Position numbers and translations under genes: made by a program
IMG/VR virus record: IMGVR_UViG_2671180458_000005
Length of the DNA stretch: 40,062 nt
Origin: a virus
Lineage: Duplodnaviria; Heunggongvirae; Uroviricota; Caudoviricetes
Direction: 5' to 3' (one strand)
Shown here: positions 1 to 9,460 of the stretch, piece after piece
Layout: each line of letters opens with the position of its first letter
Position numbering within the stretch: the first letter of the stretch is position 1
Notes under the pieces: generated by a model
Told to the model about the DNA's origin: nothing
The model's database searches: none
Seen by the model: only the letters and a program-made list of their open reading frames with translations

Positions 1-1
1 T

Positions 2-622
2 GCAGTCGCAAATATTCCGCAGCCGGCAGACGGTAAAAGTATCACCCCGGATGATGTGCGTCCGATGCTTGAGCAGATGGTGAAGGAGGCGGTAAGCCAT
101 ATTCCTGTTCCGCGTGATGGTCGTGACTATGATCCGGATGTTCTGCAGAAGGCGGTGAATGATGCGGTGAGTGCCCTGCCGGCTCCGCAGGACGGGCGTG
201 ATGCCACTGCACTGGAAATACTCCCTGCCATTGACGATCAAAAATCCTTTCCCCGGGGCACGTATGCCACACACCAGGGCGGACTCTGGCGGGCGTATGA
301 AAAAACGCACGGGATGCGGGGATGGGAATGCCTGGTTGACGGGGTGGCGGATATTGACGTCAGCATGACGGGTGAACGGTTGTTCTCTGTGGTGGTCCGG
401 CAGAGCAGTGGCCAGCGTACGGAAAAAACATTTTCCCTGCCGGTGATGCTCTACCGCGGTGTGTTCAGAGCCGGTGAAACCTACCACCCCGGCGATACGG
501 TGACGTGGGGGGGCTCGCTGTGGCACTGCAACAGTATGACCGGTGATAAACCCGGAGAAGCTCATTCATCAGGCTGGGCCCTGGCTGCAAAACGTGGGCG
601 GGATGCAGGAGGCGGAAAATGA
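2..622 (+). CDS. Phage structural protein, C-terminal part; the frame is open from the window edge so the gene starts upstream. Contains tandem peptide repeats of the form (I/L)PxPxDG(K/R)D
   Basis: Frame 2 has no stop from position 2 to 622; repeats IPQPADGKSITPDDVR / IPVPRDGRDYDPDVLQ / LPAPQDGRDATALEILP visible in translation; sits directly upstream of head-tail connector genes. Function not recognised. Confidence 0.45.
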   Translation, partial: AVANIPQPADGKSITPDDVRPMLEQMVKEAVSHIPVPRDGRDYDPDVLQKAVNDAVSALPAPQDGRDATALEILPAIDDQKSFPRGTYATHQGGLWRAYEKTHGMRGWECLVDGVADIDVSMTGERLFSVVVRQSSGQRTEKTFSLPVMLYRGVFRAGETYHPGDTVTWGGSLWHCNSMTGDKPGEAHSSGWALAAKRGRDAGGGK

Positions 623-945
623 CGGCATTACTGACGCTGGAAGAGATCAAGGCACATCTGCGTGTCGACCATGACGCGGATGATGACATGCTGATGGAGA
701 AGGTTCGTCAGGCTACCGCCGTGCTGCTGGCCTACATTCAGGGCAGCCGGGATAAAGTGATTCGTGAGGACGGTGAACTGATCCCGGGCGAGGCATTAAC
801 CCGGATGAAGGGGGCTGCCATGCGACTGACCGGGATGCTGTACCGGAATCCGGATCTTGCGGAGCGGGAAGAACTGCTTCAGGGGGAGCTGCCGTTTTCT
901 GTTTCCGTGCTGATTTACGATTTGCGTTGTCCGACGGTGTTATGA
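619..945 (+). CDS. Head-tail connector/adaptor protein (HK97 gp6-like family)
   Basis: 108 aa; ATGA start/stop overlap with upstream gene; GGAGG upstream; position and size typical of head-tail adaptor; sequence resemblance recalled, not searched. Confidence 0.6.
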   Translation: MTALLTLEEIKAHLRVDHDADDDMLMEKVRQATAVLLAYIQGSRDKVIREDGELIPGEALTRMKGAAMRLTGMLYRNPDLAEREELLQGELPFSVSVLIYDLRCPTVL

Positions 946-954
946 GGAGGGGGA

Positions 955-1305
955 ATGGCAATATCTGCAGGTCGTCTGACACAGATGATAAGTGTTCTGA
1001 ACCCGGTGTTAACCCGTAATGCTGCCGGAGAAATGACGGAAGAATGGGTGTCATGCGGGAAAATTCATGCGGATATCCGTGGCAGGAGCAGCCGGGAGCG
1101 GATGCAGTCCGGTGCGGAAATGGCGCAGGCGGAAATCCGCATCTGGGTGCGCGGTCAGTCCGGTCGGGAAATCACGGCAGCGTCACGACTTCATGTGCTG
1201 AGTGGTCCATGGCGTGACCGGATCCTGAACGTTGTCGGGCTGCCCGTGCCGGATGAGACCGGCGGACGTCTGGAAATTCTCTGTCGGCTGGGAGGGGAAA
1301 AATGA
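955..1305 (+). CDS. Head-tail joining / head closure protein
   Basis: 116 aa; RBS GGAGGGGG 5 nt upstream; synteny in connector cluster. Confidence 0.55.
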   Translation: MAISAGRLTQMISVLNPVLTRNAAGEMTEEWVSCGKIHADIRGRSSRERMQSGAEMAQAEIRIWVRGQSGREITAASRLHVLSGPWRDRILNVVGLPVPDETGGRLEILCRLGGEK

Positions 1306-1748
1306 TCGAAACCCTGCTGGATTTTTCGGGGCTGGAGGACATCAGCCGCGATTTGCAGCTTCTGAGTGGTGCGGAAAATAACCGGGTGCTGCGTGAGGCA
1401 ACCCGTGCGGGTGCGAATGTGCTGAAAGAAGAAGTGGTGTCACGGGCACCGGTGCGCAGGGGAAAACTGCGCCGCAATGTGGTGGTCCTTTCCCGGCGCT
1501 CCCGCGATGGCGGGATGGAATCCGGTGTCCATATCCGTGGTGTTAATCCGGACACCGGTAACAGCGATAACACCATGAAGGCGGATAACCCGCGCAATGC
1601 TTTCTACTGGCGGTTTGTGGAAATGGGGACCGTGAATATGCCACCGCACCCGTTTGTGCGCCCGGCGTTTGATGTGCGCAGTGAACAGGCAGCGCAGGTG
1701 GCGATTGCGCGGATGAACCGGGCCATTGATGAGGTACTGAGACGATGA
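1302..1748 (+). CDS. HK97 gp10-family tail component
   Basis: 148 aa; ATGA overlap with previous gene; family resemblance recalled. Confidence 0.55.
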   Translation: MIETLLDFSGLEDISRDLQLLSGAENNRVLREATRAGANVLKEEVVSRAPVRRGKLRRNVVVLSRRSRDGGMESGVHIRGVNPDTGNSDNTMKADNPRNAFYWRFVEMGTVNMPPHPFVRPAFDVRSEQAAQVAIARMNRAIDEVLRR

Positions 1749-2089
1749 CGGAGGCGGATTTGTATCCTCATCTGGCGCATCTTGCCGGCGGGCAGGTGTA
1801 CCCGTATGTGGTCCCCCTGCTGGATGGCAGGCCGTCGGTGGCGCTTCCGTGGGTGGTTTTCAGCCTGATTTCATCGGTGTCTGCGGACGTGATGGGCGGG
1901 CAGGCGGAGTCCTCAGTGGCGGTGCAGATAGACGTTTATGCCGGGACTGTGACGCAGGCGCGTCAGATACGTCAGGACGCCCGTGAAGCCATAATGCTGC
2001 TGGCCCCGGGATCCGTCAGTGAAATGCAGGACTATATTCCGGAAAACCGCTGTTACCGTGCAACCCTAGAGTTTCAGGTCACGGTGTGA
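1745..2089 (+). CDS. Tail completion / tail terminator-type protein (occupies lambda U position)
   Basis: 114 aa; ATGA overlap; immediately upstream of major tail protein. Confidence 0.5.
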   Translation: MTEADLYPHLAHLAGGQVYPYVVPLLDGRPSVALPWVVFSLISSVSADVMGGQAESSVAVQIDVYAGTVTQARQIRQDAREAIMLLAPGSVSEMQDYIPENRCYRATLEFQVTV

Positions 2090-2154
2090 CTTTTTCTTTT
2101 TTCTACAAAACCCATACCCCGCCGCGTGCGGATTTTTTATTATCAGGAGGCAGA

Positions 2155-2871
2155 ATGTCTGCTTTGTATGAACGCTCACAGCTGACGCAGGTGATGATTT
2201 CATCTGCCCCGGCGACTGCTGAAACTATGGATAAGGCGGAATATCTGCGCCTGGACTGCACCATCAAGGAAGTCCAGTTCACCGCCGGTCAGAAACAGGA
2301 TATTGATGTGACCACGCTCTGCTCCACAGAGCAGGAGAACATCAACGGTCTGGGGGCGTCGTCCGAGATTTCCATGTCGGGTAATTTCTATCTGAATCAG
2401 GCCCAGAACGCCCTGCGTGATGCCTATGACAATGACGCGTTGTATGCGTTTAAGGTGCAGTTTCCGTCCGGTAAGGGCTTTAAATTCCTGGCGGAAGTGC
2501 GTCAGCACACCTGGTCATCCGGTACCAACGGCGTGGTGGCTGCAACGTTCTCACTGCGTCTGAAAGGCAAACCGGTGTCCTTTGTGGTACCGCTGGCGTT
2601 TGTGAAAAATCTGGATAAGACACTTACCGTGAATACCGGTGTGCTGCTGACAATGTCAGTCAGTGCCAACGGGGGAACGCCGCCGTATAAATACGCCTGG
2701 AAGAAGGATGGTCAGCCGGTTGACGGGCAGACGACAGACACCTTCAGTAAGCCAGGTGCGCAGTCCGCCGATGCGGGGAAATATACCTGCGTGGTGACTG
2801 ATTCGGCAGAGAAAGCACAGAGTGTGACGTCTGTTGAATGCACCGTGACAGTGAGCGCAGCCGCCGGATAA
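2155..2871 (+). CDS. Major tail tube protein with C-terminal Ig-like domain (lambda V analogue)
   Basis: Start moved to ATG 2155 behind AGGAGG; C-terminal segment (VNTGVLLTMSVSANGGTPPYKYAWKKDGQPV...YTCVVTD) is a Big_2/Ig-like motif pattern; position before G/T chaperones. Confidence 0.7.
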   Translation: MSALYERSQLTQVMISSAPATAETMDKAEYLRLDCTIKEVQFTAGQKQDIDVTTLCSTEQENINGLGASSEISMSGNFYLNQAQNALRDAYDNDALYAFKVQFPSGKGFKFLAEVRQHTWSSGTNGVVAATFSLRLKGKPVSFVVPLAFVKNLDKTLTVNTGVLLTMSVSANGGTPPYKYAWKKDGQPVDGQTTDTFSKPGAQSADAGKYTCVVTDSAEKAQSVTSVECTVTVSAAAG

Positions 2872-2885
2872 GGGGATGGGTCATC

Positions 2886-3260
2886 ATGAAAAAGGATCTG
2901 AAAACGCTGGCGCTGGCCAGACTGTCAGGGTTTCGTCATAAAACGGTGAAGGTGCCGGAATGGGGTAATGTCAGCGTGGTGCTGCGGGAGCCTTCGGCAG
3001 AGGCCTGGTATCTGTGGCAGGACGTGCTCAATGGTGATGGAGAGGATGATGATACCCTGTCGGTGGTGGCGAAAACCCGCCGTAACCTGGAAGCGGATGT
3101 GACGCTGTTCTGCGATGTCCTGTGTGATACGGATCTGCAACGGGTGTTCACTCCGGACGACCGTGAGCAGGTGCTGGCCGTCTATGGTCCGGTACATGCC
3201 CGCTTGCTGCGTCAGGCACTGGAACTGATCGCTGATGCAGAGTCGGTCAGAAAAAAGTAG
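2886..3260 (+). CDS. Tail assembly chaperone (lambda G analogue)
   Basis: Start at ATG 2886 behind AAGGGGA; ends in slippery heptamer followed by stop; immediately precedes tape measure. Confidence 0.65.
   Translation: MKKDLKTLALARLSGFRHKTVKVPEWGNVSVVLREPSAEAWYLWQDVLNGDGEDDDTLSVVAKTRRNLEADVTLFCDVLCDTDLQRVFTPDDREQVLAVYGPVHARLLRQALELIADAESVRKK
3251..3257 (+). promoter_or_regulatory. A_AAA_AAG slippery heptamer for programmed -1 ribosomal frameshift
   Basis: Heptamer AAAAAAG in zero frame of the G-like ORF, one codon before its stop; the -1 frame is open from here through the ATG of the 3284..3565 ORF. Confidence 0.65.
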
Positions 3261-3565
3261 CCCGCCCGGAAATTCGCTTTCTGATGCGACTTGCGCTCCG
3301 TCTGGGGCGCACCTTATCCGAACTGCGGCACAGCCTGAGTGCGAGCGAGGCGATGATGTGGATGGAGTTCGACAGGATATCCCCGCTGGGTGATGAGCGC
3401 GGGGATATCCGTAATGCACAGATCGTGAAAGCGGTTTTCGGGGCACAGGGGATGAATGTTGCACTGAAGGACGCCATGCTCTGCTGGGGCGAGGATGAGG
3501 ATAAGCCGGAGGTGGATCCGTTTGCGGCGCTGGAACACGCGCTGAGCTTTGCAGCACAGTCATGA
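3257..3565 (+). CDS. Frameshift extension of tail assembly chaperone (G-T fusion C-terminal part)
   Basis: -1 frame relative to G is open from 3257 to stop at 3565; conserved G/GT arrangement upstream of tape measure in long-tailed phages. Confidence 0.6.
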   Translation, partial: VARPEIRFLMRLALRLGRTLSELRHSLSASEAMMWMEFDRISPLGDERGDIRNAQIVKAVFGAQGMNVALKDAMLCWGEDEDKPEVDPFAALEHALSFAAQS

Positions 3566-3612
3566 ATGATGAGAACCGCTGAGGCGGTTTTTTTACGCCC
3601 GGAGAAAGGTGA

Positions 3613-6600
3613 ATGGCGACGTTACGTGAACTGATTATCAAAATTTCGGCAAATTCACAGTCATTCCAGTCGGAGATCCAGCGGGCGTCCCGTATGGGCA
3701 GTGAATATTACCGGACCCTGCAGAATGGCGGACGTCAGGCTGCTGCGGCAGCCAGGGAGCAGCGCCGGGCTCTGGCTGAGCTGAACAGCCAGTTGACGGA
3801 AATCCGCGCTTCGGCTGTCGGAATGACCGGTGCGTTTGCCGGTGCCTTTGCCACCGGACACCTGATTTCGCTGGCGGATGAATGGAGCTCCGTGAATGCC
3901 CGTCTGAAACAGGCGTCGCAGTCATCGGATGAATTTTCGTCATCACAGAAAGTGCTGATGGACATCAGCCAGCGGACAGGCACCGCATTTTCGGATAATG
4001 CGGCCCTGTTTGCCCGTTCGGCTGCCTCGATGCGTGAATATGGTTACAGTGCTGATGATGTGCTGAAGGTGACGGAGGCCATTTCGACAGGGCTGAAAAT
4101 TTCCGGTGCCAGTGCGGCAGAGGCGGGTTCGGTGATCACCCAGTTCAGCCAGGCGCTGGCACAGGGGGTGTTGCGCGGCGAGGAATTTAATTCGGTCAAT
4201 GAAAGTGGGGACCGGATCATTCGCGCACTGGCTGCAGGCATGGGCGTGGCCCGTAAGGATCTGAAGGCGATGGCGGACGATGGTCAACTGACGGCGGATA
4301 AAGTCGTTCCCGCGTTAATCAGCCAGCTGGGGATATTGCGTGATGAATATGCAGCCATGCCGGAAACGGTGTCTGACGGGATCACGAAGGTGGAAAACGC
4401 CTTTATGGCCTGGGTGGGCGGCGCGAATGAGGCCAGCGGAGCGACGAAAACGCTCTCCGGCGCACTGAACGGTGTGGCCGGAAATATTGATACCGTGGCA
4501 ACAGCTGCGGGTGTGCTGGTTGCTGTCGGGGTGGCCCGGTACTTTGGTAATCTGGCTTCCGGAGCGATGTCTGCCACGGCAGGACTTGTGACCGCTGCAC
4601 GTAATGAAGTGGCACTGGCTGAGGCCCAGTTAAGGGGAACGCAGATTGCCACGGCGCGGGCAAGGGCAGCCGTGTACCGGGCTCAGCAGGCTGTGGCGGC
4701 AGCCCGCGGGACTGAGATGCAGATTGCGGCAGAGGCCCGTCTGGCGGTCACACAGGAACGCCTGAACAGAAATATTGCTGCCAGAACCGCCGCCCAGAAT
4801 GCGCTGAACAGTACAACGGCGGTGGGCTCACGTCTGATGAGCGGTGCGCTGGGACTGGTTGGAGGCGTACCCGGACTGGTGATGCTGGGAGCTGCCGCAT
4901 GGTATACGCTGTACCAGAATCAGGAACAGGCCAGGGAGTCTGCGCACCAGTATGCACTGACGATTGATGAAATCGCGCATAAAACGCCATCAATGTCTCT
5001 GCCTGAAGCCTCAGATAATGAAGGGCGAACACGGGAGGCGCTGACAGAGCAGAACCGGCTGATTGATGAGCAGGCCAGCCGGGTGAAATCCCTGCAGGAA
5101 AAAATCGCCGGGTATCAGTATGTGCTGGCTAATCCGGGCTGGACGACCGGTAACGGCTTCATGATAAACCATCTGACATCGGTGAAAACTGTAACGGAAG
5201 GGCTTGCTCAGGCAACAGAGCAGTTTGCTGTTGAGCAGTCCCGTCTGGCACAGATGCAGGAAAAAGCGCAGTCCATTCAGGATGTGCTTGCCGGACTGGA
5301 AGAGCGCCGTGTTGTGTTAATTCGTCAGCAGGCGGCAGAGCAGAATAAAGCGTATCAGTCACTGCTGATCATGAACGGTCAGCATACGGAATTCAACCGC
5401 CTGCTGGGGCTGGGTAATGAACTGCTGCAACAGCGTCAGGGACTGGCGAGTGTACCGCTGCGACTGCCACAGGCCACTCTGGATGATAAACAGCAGGGCG
5501 CCCTGAATAACACAGAGCGTCAACTTGCCCTGTCCCGGCTGAAAGGGGAAGAAAAAGAGCGTGCCCGGCTGGGGTATGCGGCGGATGACCTTGGTCTGGT
5601 GGGGGATACGTATCAGGAGGCGAGGCAGCGTTACATCCGTAATTCGATGGAAGCCTGGCGCAATAATGAGGCGAATAAACCCAAATCCCGGGCCGGAAAA
5701 TCAGGGGCGGAAAAAGCGGAAGACAGTTTTTCCCGTCTGCTGAAGCAGCAGAAGGAACAACTGGCACTGGCCGGGAAGAATACAGAACTGGCAAAACTGA
5801 AATACCAGACCTCGCAGGGCGAGCTGAAAACCCTGACGGAGATACAGAAGCAGGAGCTGCTGCGCAATGCAGCCCTGATTGACCAGAAGAAAATTCGGGA
5901 GCAGTTACGGGCCCGGGAGGAGACCCTGAAAAATGATAATGCAGACGCAAGGGCATCAAATGACGCTGAGCTGCTGGGGTACGGGCAGGGTGAGCGGGTC
6001 CGTGAACGGATGCGGGAGCTGCAGCAGATTCGTGACGGCTACCGCCAGAAGGATGCGGACCTGCAGTCTCAGTATCAGACAGGGGATATCAGTGAGGATT
6101 TTTACAGACAGGCGCTGGCGCAGAATGCGCAGTATCTGAGTGAACGCCTTAAAGACCAGGAGGCTTTTTATGCCGAATCGGATGCGCAGCGTGCTGACTG
6201 GCAGAAAGGGCTGCAGGAAGGGCTAAGTAACTGGGTGGACAGCGCATCAGATTACGCTTCACAGGCAGCACAGCTTGCGACAGACGGTATCTCAGGGATG
6301 GTGAATAACATCACGGAGATGCTGAACGGAAATAAAGTGGAATGGCGCAGCTGGGCTGCATCAATCCTGCAGGAAATATCAAAAGTTCTTATGAATGCGG
6401 CCATTGTCAACGGCATTAAGATGGCGGCAAACAGTATGTCCGGTGCAGGAGGATTTTTCGGCAGTATAGGCAACTGGCTGGGTGGCGCGGTGGCAAATGC
6501 AAAAGGCGGCGTTTATACCTCGGCAAACCTGAGTGCATACAGTAACAGTATTGTGGACACGCCCACGTACTTTGCCTTTGCAAAAGGGGCAGGGCTGATG

Positions 6601-6855
6601 GGGGAAGCCGGACCTGAAGCCATCATGCCCCTGACCCGGGCAGCGGATGGTTCACTCGGCGTGCGTGCGGTGGGCAGTATGAACGGCAGTGCGGGTCTGG
6701 TGTATTCCCCGGTGTACCACATTGCCATTCAGAATGACGGCGCTAACGGGCAGATAGGGCCGGAAGCGGCGGGCACCCTTGTGCAACTGATTGACCAGCG
6801 GGTACAGGCGGTGATGTTATCCATGCGTCGTGACGGAGGAATGCTGAGTGGATGA
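3613..6855 (+). CDS. Tail tape measure protein
   Basis: 1080 aa; Ala/Gln-rich coiled-coil repeats, hydrophobic Gly-rich C-terminal segment; GGAGAAAGG RBS; position between chaperones and M. Confidence 0.85.
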   Translation: MATLRELIIKISANSQSFQSEIQRASRMGSEYYRTLQNGGRQAAAAAREQRRALAELNSQLTEIRASAVGMTGAFAGAFATGHLISLADEWSSVNARLKQASQSSDEFSSSQKVLMDISQRTGTAFSDNAALFARSAASMREYGYSADDVLKVTEAISTGLKISGASAAEAGSVITQFSQALAQGVLRGEEFNSVNESGDRIIRALAAGMGVARKDLKAMADDGQLTADKVVPALISQLGILRDEYAAMPETVSDGITKVENAFMAWVGGANEASGATKTLSGALNGVAGNIDTVATAAGVLVAVGVARYFGNLASGAMSATAGLVTAARNEVALAEAQLRGTQIATARARAAVYRAQQAVAAARGTEMQIAAEARLAVTQERLNRNIAARTAAQNALNSTTAVGSRLMSGALGLVGGVPGLVMLGAAAWYTLYQNQEQARESAHQYALTIDEIAHKTPSMSLPEASDNEGRTREALTEQNRLIDEQASRVKSLQEKIAGYQYVLANPGWTTGNGFMINHLTSVKTVTEGLAQATEQFAVEQSRLAQMQEKAQSIQDVLAGLEERRVVLIRQQAAEQNKAYQSLLIMNGQHTEFNRLLGLGNELLQQRQGLASVPLRLPQATLDDKQQGALNNTERQLALSRLKGEEKERARLGYAADDLGLVGDTYQEARQRYIRNSMEAWRNNEANKPKSRAGKSGAEKAEDSFSRLLKQQKEQLALAGKNTELAKLKYQTSQGELKTLTEIQKQELLRNAALIDQKKIREQLRAREETLKNDNADARASNDAELLGYGQGERVRERMRELQQIRDGYRQKDADLQSQYQTGDISEDFYRQALAQNAQYLSERLKDQEAFYAESDAQRADWQKGLQEGLSNWVDSASDYASQAAQLATDGISGMVNNITEMLNGNKVEWRSWAASILQEISKVLMNAAIVNGIKMAANSMSGAGGFFGSIGNWLGGAVANAKGGVYTSANLSAYSNSIVDTPTYFAFAKGAGLMGEAGPEAIMPLTRAADGSLGVRAVGSMNGSAGLVYSPVYHIAIQNDGANGQIGPEAAGTLVQLIDQRVQAVMLSMRRDGGMLSG

Positions 6856-7189
6856 GATTAAGACCCTTCACTGGTGTCCCCGGGAAGGGATGCAGGTGAC
6901 GGAGAAACCGTCGGTGGTGACGGTGAAGTTTGGCGACGGTTATCAGCAACGTCGTCCGGCAGGACTGAATGCGCAACTGAAGACCTTTCAGGTGGTTTTT
7001 CGGGTGACAACGGATGCTGAGCGGGAGGCACTGTCCGCGTTTCTGTCATGGCATGGTGGTTACCGGGCTTTTTTGTGGAAGCCCCCGAAACATAACCGGA
7101 CGGTCAGGGTGGTGTGCCGGGAGTGGAGTATTACGGATAACGCCCGGTACAGTGATTTCAGTTGTACGATAGAGCAGGTAGTTGGATGA
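6848..7189 (+). CDS. M: Minor tail protein M
   Basis: 113 aa; GTG start overlapping tape-measure stop; motif FGDGYQQRRPAGLNA...WHGGYRAFLWKPP matches lambda M as recalled. Confidence 0.85.
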   Translation: MDEIKTLHWCPREGMQVTEKPSVVTVKFGDGYQQRRPAGLNAQLKTFQVVFRVTTDAEREALSAFLSWHGGYRAFLWKPPKHNRTVRVVCREWSITDNARYSDFSCTIEQVVG

Positions 7190-7387
7190 GAATTATCCTA
7201 TAAATCACTCTTTATTGTTTAGTTGTTAATTATTTTTAATCTGTCTTGTCAGAAAGTGCGAAATCGATCTTGTATTTACATTTTGTTACATAATATAAAT
7301 TGAACTAAGAATTTGTATTAAAATATTTTAATTTTTGTTCATGACATCTAAATGCATGAATAGTTCAGTTTAAATAAGGATTAAATC

Positions 7388-8542
7388 ATGAAAAAAATGA
7401 CAGTGGCACTTTCTGCTGTAGCAGTGGCAGTGATGTTTGCTGCGGGGGCGCAGGCAGCAGAAGTTTATAATAAAGATGGTAATAAACTGGATCTTTACGG
7501 GCGTGCAACCGCTCTGCATTACTTCTCGGATGATAAAGGTAATGACGGAGACCAGACTTATGCTCGTCTCGGCTTTAAAGGCGAAACGCAGATTAATGAT
7601 CAACTGACCGGATTTGGTCAGTGGGAATACCAGTTCTCTGGTAACAAAACGGAATCTGAAGGTTCCGCGGGAAATAAAACCCGTCTGGCATTTGCAGGTC
7701 TGAGATTTGCAGATGTTGGTACCATTGATTACGGACGTAACTATGGTATTGCTTACGATGTCGGATCATATACTGACGTACTGCCTGAGTTTGGTGGTGA
7801 TGGCTGGACGCAGACCGATAACTTTATGACGGCCCGAACTTCCGGTGTCCTGACATACCGTAATACAGACTTCTTCGGACTGGTTGATGGTCTGAATTTT
7901 GCGGCGCAGTATCAGGGCAAAAATGAGCGTGATGACCTTCAGAAGGCTAATGGCGACGGGTATGGTTTCTCGGCCAGCTATGAGTTTGATGGTTTTGGTT
8001 TTGTCGCTGCGTATACCAAGTCAGATCGTACTGATAAGCAGGTTCAGGGGTTGAATGGTACTGCAGATGTTCTTGATCCTGCATCAGGTAAAAAGGTTGG
8101 AGAAAAAGCAGTTGACTCAGGTAGTGTGGCAAAAGGTAAACATGCTGAATTCTGGGGAACTGGTCTTAAATATGATGCCAATAACCTGTATCTGGCAGCA
8201 GTGTATTCTGAAACCCAGAATATGACGACCTTTGGTGATCAAGGTGTTGCGGATAAAGCTCAGAATATCGAAGCCGTTGTTCAGTATCAGTTTGATTTTG
8301 GTCTGCGCCCGTCCCTTGCCTACCTTCAGTCCCGCGGACAGGATGTTATGGTTGGTGGTGTGAACCATGGCGATCAGGATCTGGTTAAATATATTGATGT
8401 CGGTGCGACTTATTACTTTAACAAGAATATGTCCACCTATGTTGATTATAAAATTAACCTGATTGATGAAAGTGAATTTACCCGGAAAGCCGGTGTTGCG
8501 ACAGATAATATCGTTGCTGTGGGTATGACTTATCAGTTCTGA
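7388..8542 (+). CDS. OmpC/OmpF-family general porin (phage-borne moron)
   Basis: 384 aa; signal peptide ending AQA then [15 protein letters not shown]...; internal PEFGGD and [14 protein letters not shown] motifs and C-terminal ...VGMTYQF; AT-rich 200-bp upstream region; lies between M and L. Confidence 0.9.
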   Translation: MKKMTVALSAVAVAVMFAAGAQAAEVYNKDGNKLDLYGRATALHYFSDDKGNDGDQTYARLGFKGETQINDQLTGFGQWEYQFSGNKTESEGSAGNKTRLAFAGLRFADVGTIDYGRNYGIAYDVGSYTDVLPEFGGDGWTQTDNFMTARTSGVLTYRNTDFFGLVDGLNFAAQYQGKNERDDLQKANGDGYGFSASYEFDGFGFVAAYTKSDRTDKQVQGLNGTADVLDPASGKKVGEKAVDSGSVAKGKHAEFWGTGLKYDANNLYLAAVYSETQNMTTFGDQGVADKAQNIEAVVQYQFDFGLRPSLAYLQSRGQDVMVGGVNHGDQDLVKYIDVGATYYFNKNMSTYVDYKINLIDESEFTRKAGVATDNIVAVGMTYQF

Positions 8543-8715
8543 TTATTGCTGATAAGTTAATAAATACGGGCCGTCTGCCCTTACAGGCGGCCTGTATCAA
8601 TGAAAACACAGTTTTCATTGGTCACTGCGATCAGCAATTGCCATCTGGCATGTGCTGATTTAACTTTCTGTTATTACCTTTATTGGTTTTATTTTAAATT
8701 GGACTTTTATTGTTC

Positions 8716-8739
8716 GGGGCGCGTCTGCGCCCCTTTTTT
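8716..8739 (+). terminator. Rho-independent terminator downstream of porin gene
   Basis: GGGGCGC-GTCT-GCGCCCC followed by TTTTTT, 12 nt before L start. Confidence 0.7.
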
Positions 8740-8751
8740 ATGGGCGGATAT

Positions 8752-9450
8752 ATGCAGGATATTCACGAAGAAAGCCTGAACGAGTCGGTTAAGTCAGAGC
8801 AGTCACCGCGGGTGGTGCTCTGGGAAATCGACCTGACGGTGCAGGGCGGTGAGCGGTATTTTTTCTGCAATGAGCTGAATGAAAAAGGGGAGCCGGTGAC
8901 CTGGCAGGGGCGTGAATATCAGGCGTACCCGATTGAGGGCAGCGGCTTTGAGATGAACGGAAAGGGCAGCAGTGCCCGCCCGTCGCTGACGGTCTCCAAT
9001 CTTTTCGGCCTTGTCACCGGGATGGCGGAGGATTTGCAGAGCCTGGTGGGTGCCACGGTGGTCCGCCGCCGGGTGTATGCGCGTTTTCTGGATGCGGTGA
9101 ATTTTGTGGCGGGGAATCCGGAGGCCGACCCGGAGCAGGAGCTGACGGACCGGTGGGTGGTGGAGCAGATGTCAGCGCTGACGGCCATGACGGCCTCGTT
9201 TGTGCTGGCGACACCGACGGAGACGGACGGTGCGCTGTTTCCCGGTCGCATCATGCTGGCGAACACCTGTATGTGGGATTACCGGGGCGATGAATGCGGG
9301 TATAACGGTCCGGCAGTGGCGGATGAGTTCGACAACCCCACCACGGATATCCGGAAGGACAGATGCAGTAAATGCATGCGCGGGTGTGAGATGCGCGGCA
9401 TGGTGGCTAATTTCGGCGGTTTCCTTTCCATTAATAAACTTTCGCAGTAA
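8752..9450 (+). CDS. L: Minor tail protein L
   Basis: 232 aa from ATG 8752 (MQDIHEESL...), same length as lambda L; upstream in-frame extension overlaps the terminator and is rejected. Confidence 0.85.
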   Translation: MQDIHEESLNESVKSEQSPRVVLWEIDLTVQGGERYFFCNELNEKGEPVTWQGREYQAYPIEGSGFEMNGKGSSARPSLTVSNLFGLVTGMAEDLQSLVGATVVRRRVYARFLDAVNFVAGNPEADPEQELTDRWVVEQMSALTAMTASFVLATPTETDGALFPGRIMLANTCMWDYRGDECGYNGPAVADEFDNPTTDIRKDRCSKCMRGCEMRGMVANFGGFLSINKLSQ

Positions 9451-9460
9451 ATCCCGCTTT

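Noticed and set aside
2925-3641. 238-aa minus-strand ORF
   Set aside because: Antisense to the G/G-T chaperone genes and tape-measure start; Pro/Arg/Ser-rich composition typical of antisense frames in GC-rich coding DNA; no RBS.
5393-5959. 188-aa minus-strand ORF
   Set aside because: Lies entirely inside the tape measure gene on the opposite strand; low-complexity Pro/Ala/Ser composition.
8710-8751. Upstream in-frame extension of L (ATG 8710)
   Set aside because: Extension overlaps the terminator hairpin; ATG 8752 gives a product of the same length as lambda L.
9200-9460. N-terminal extension of the K ORF into L
   Set aside because: Frame is open inside L by chance; homology to K begins at MTQTES (9461).
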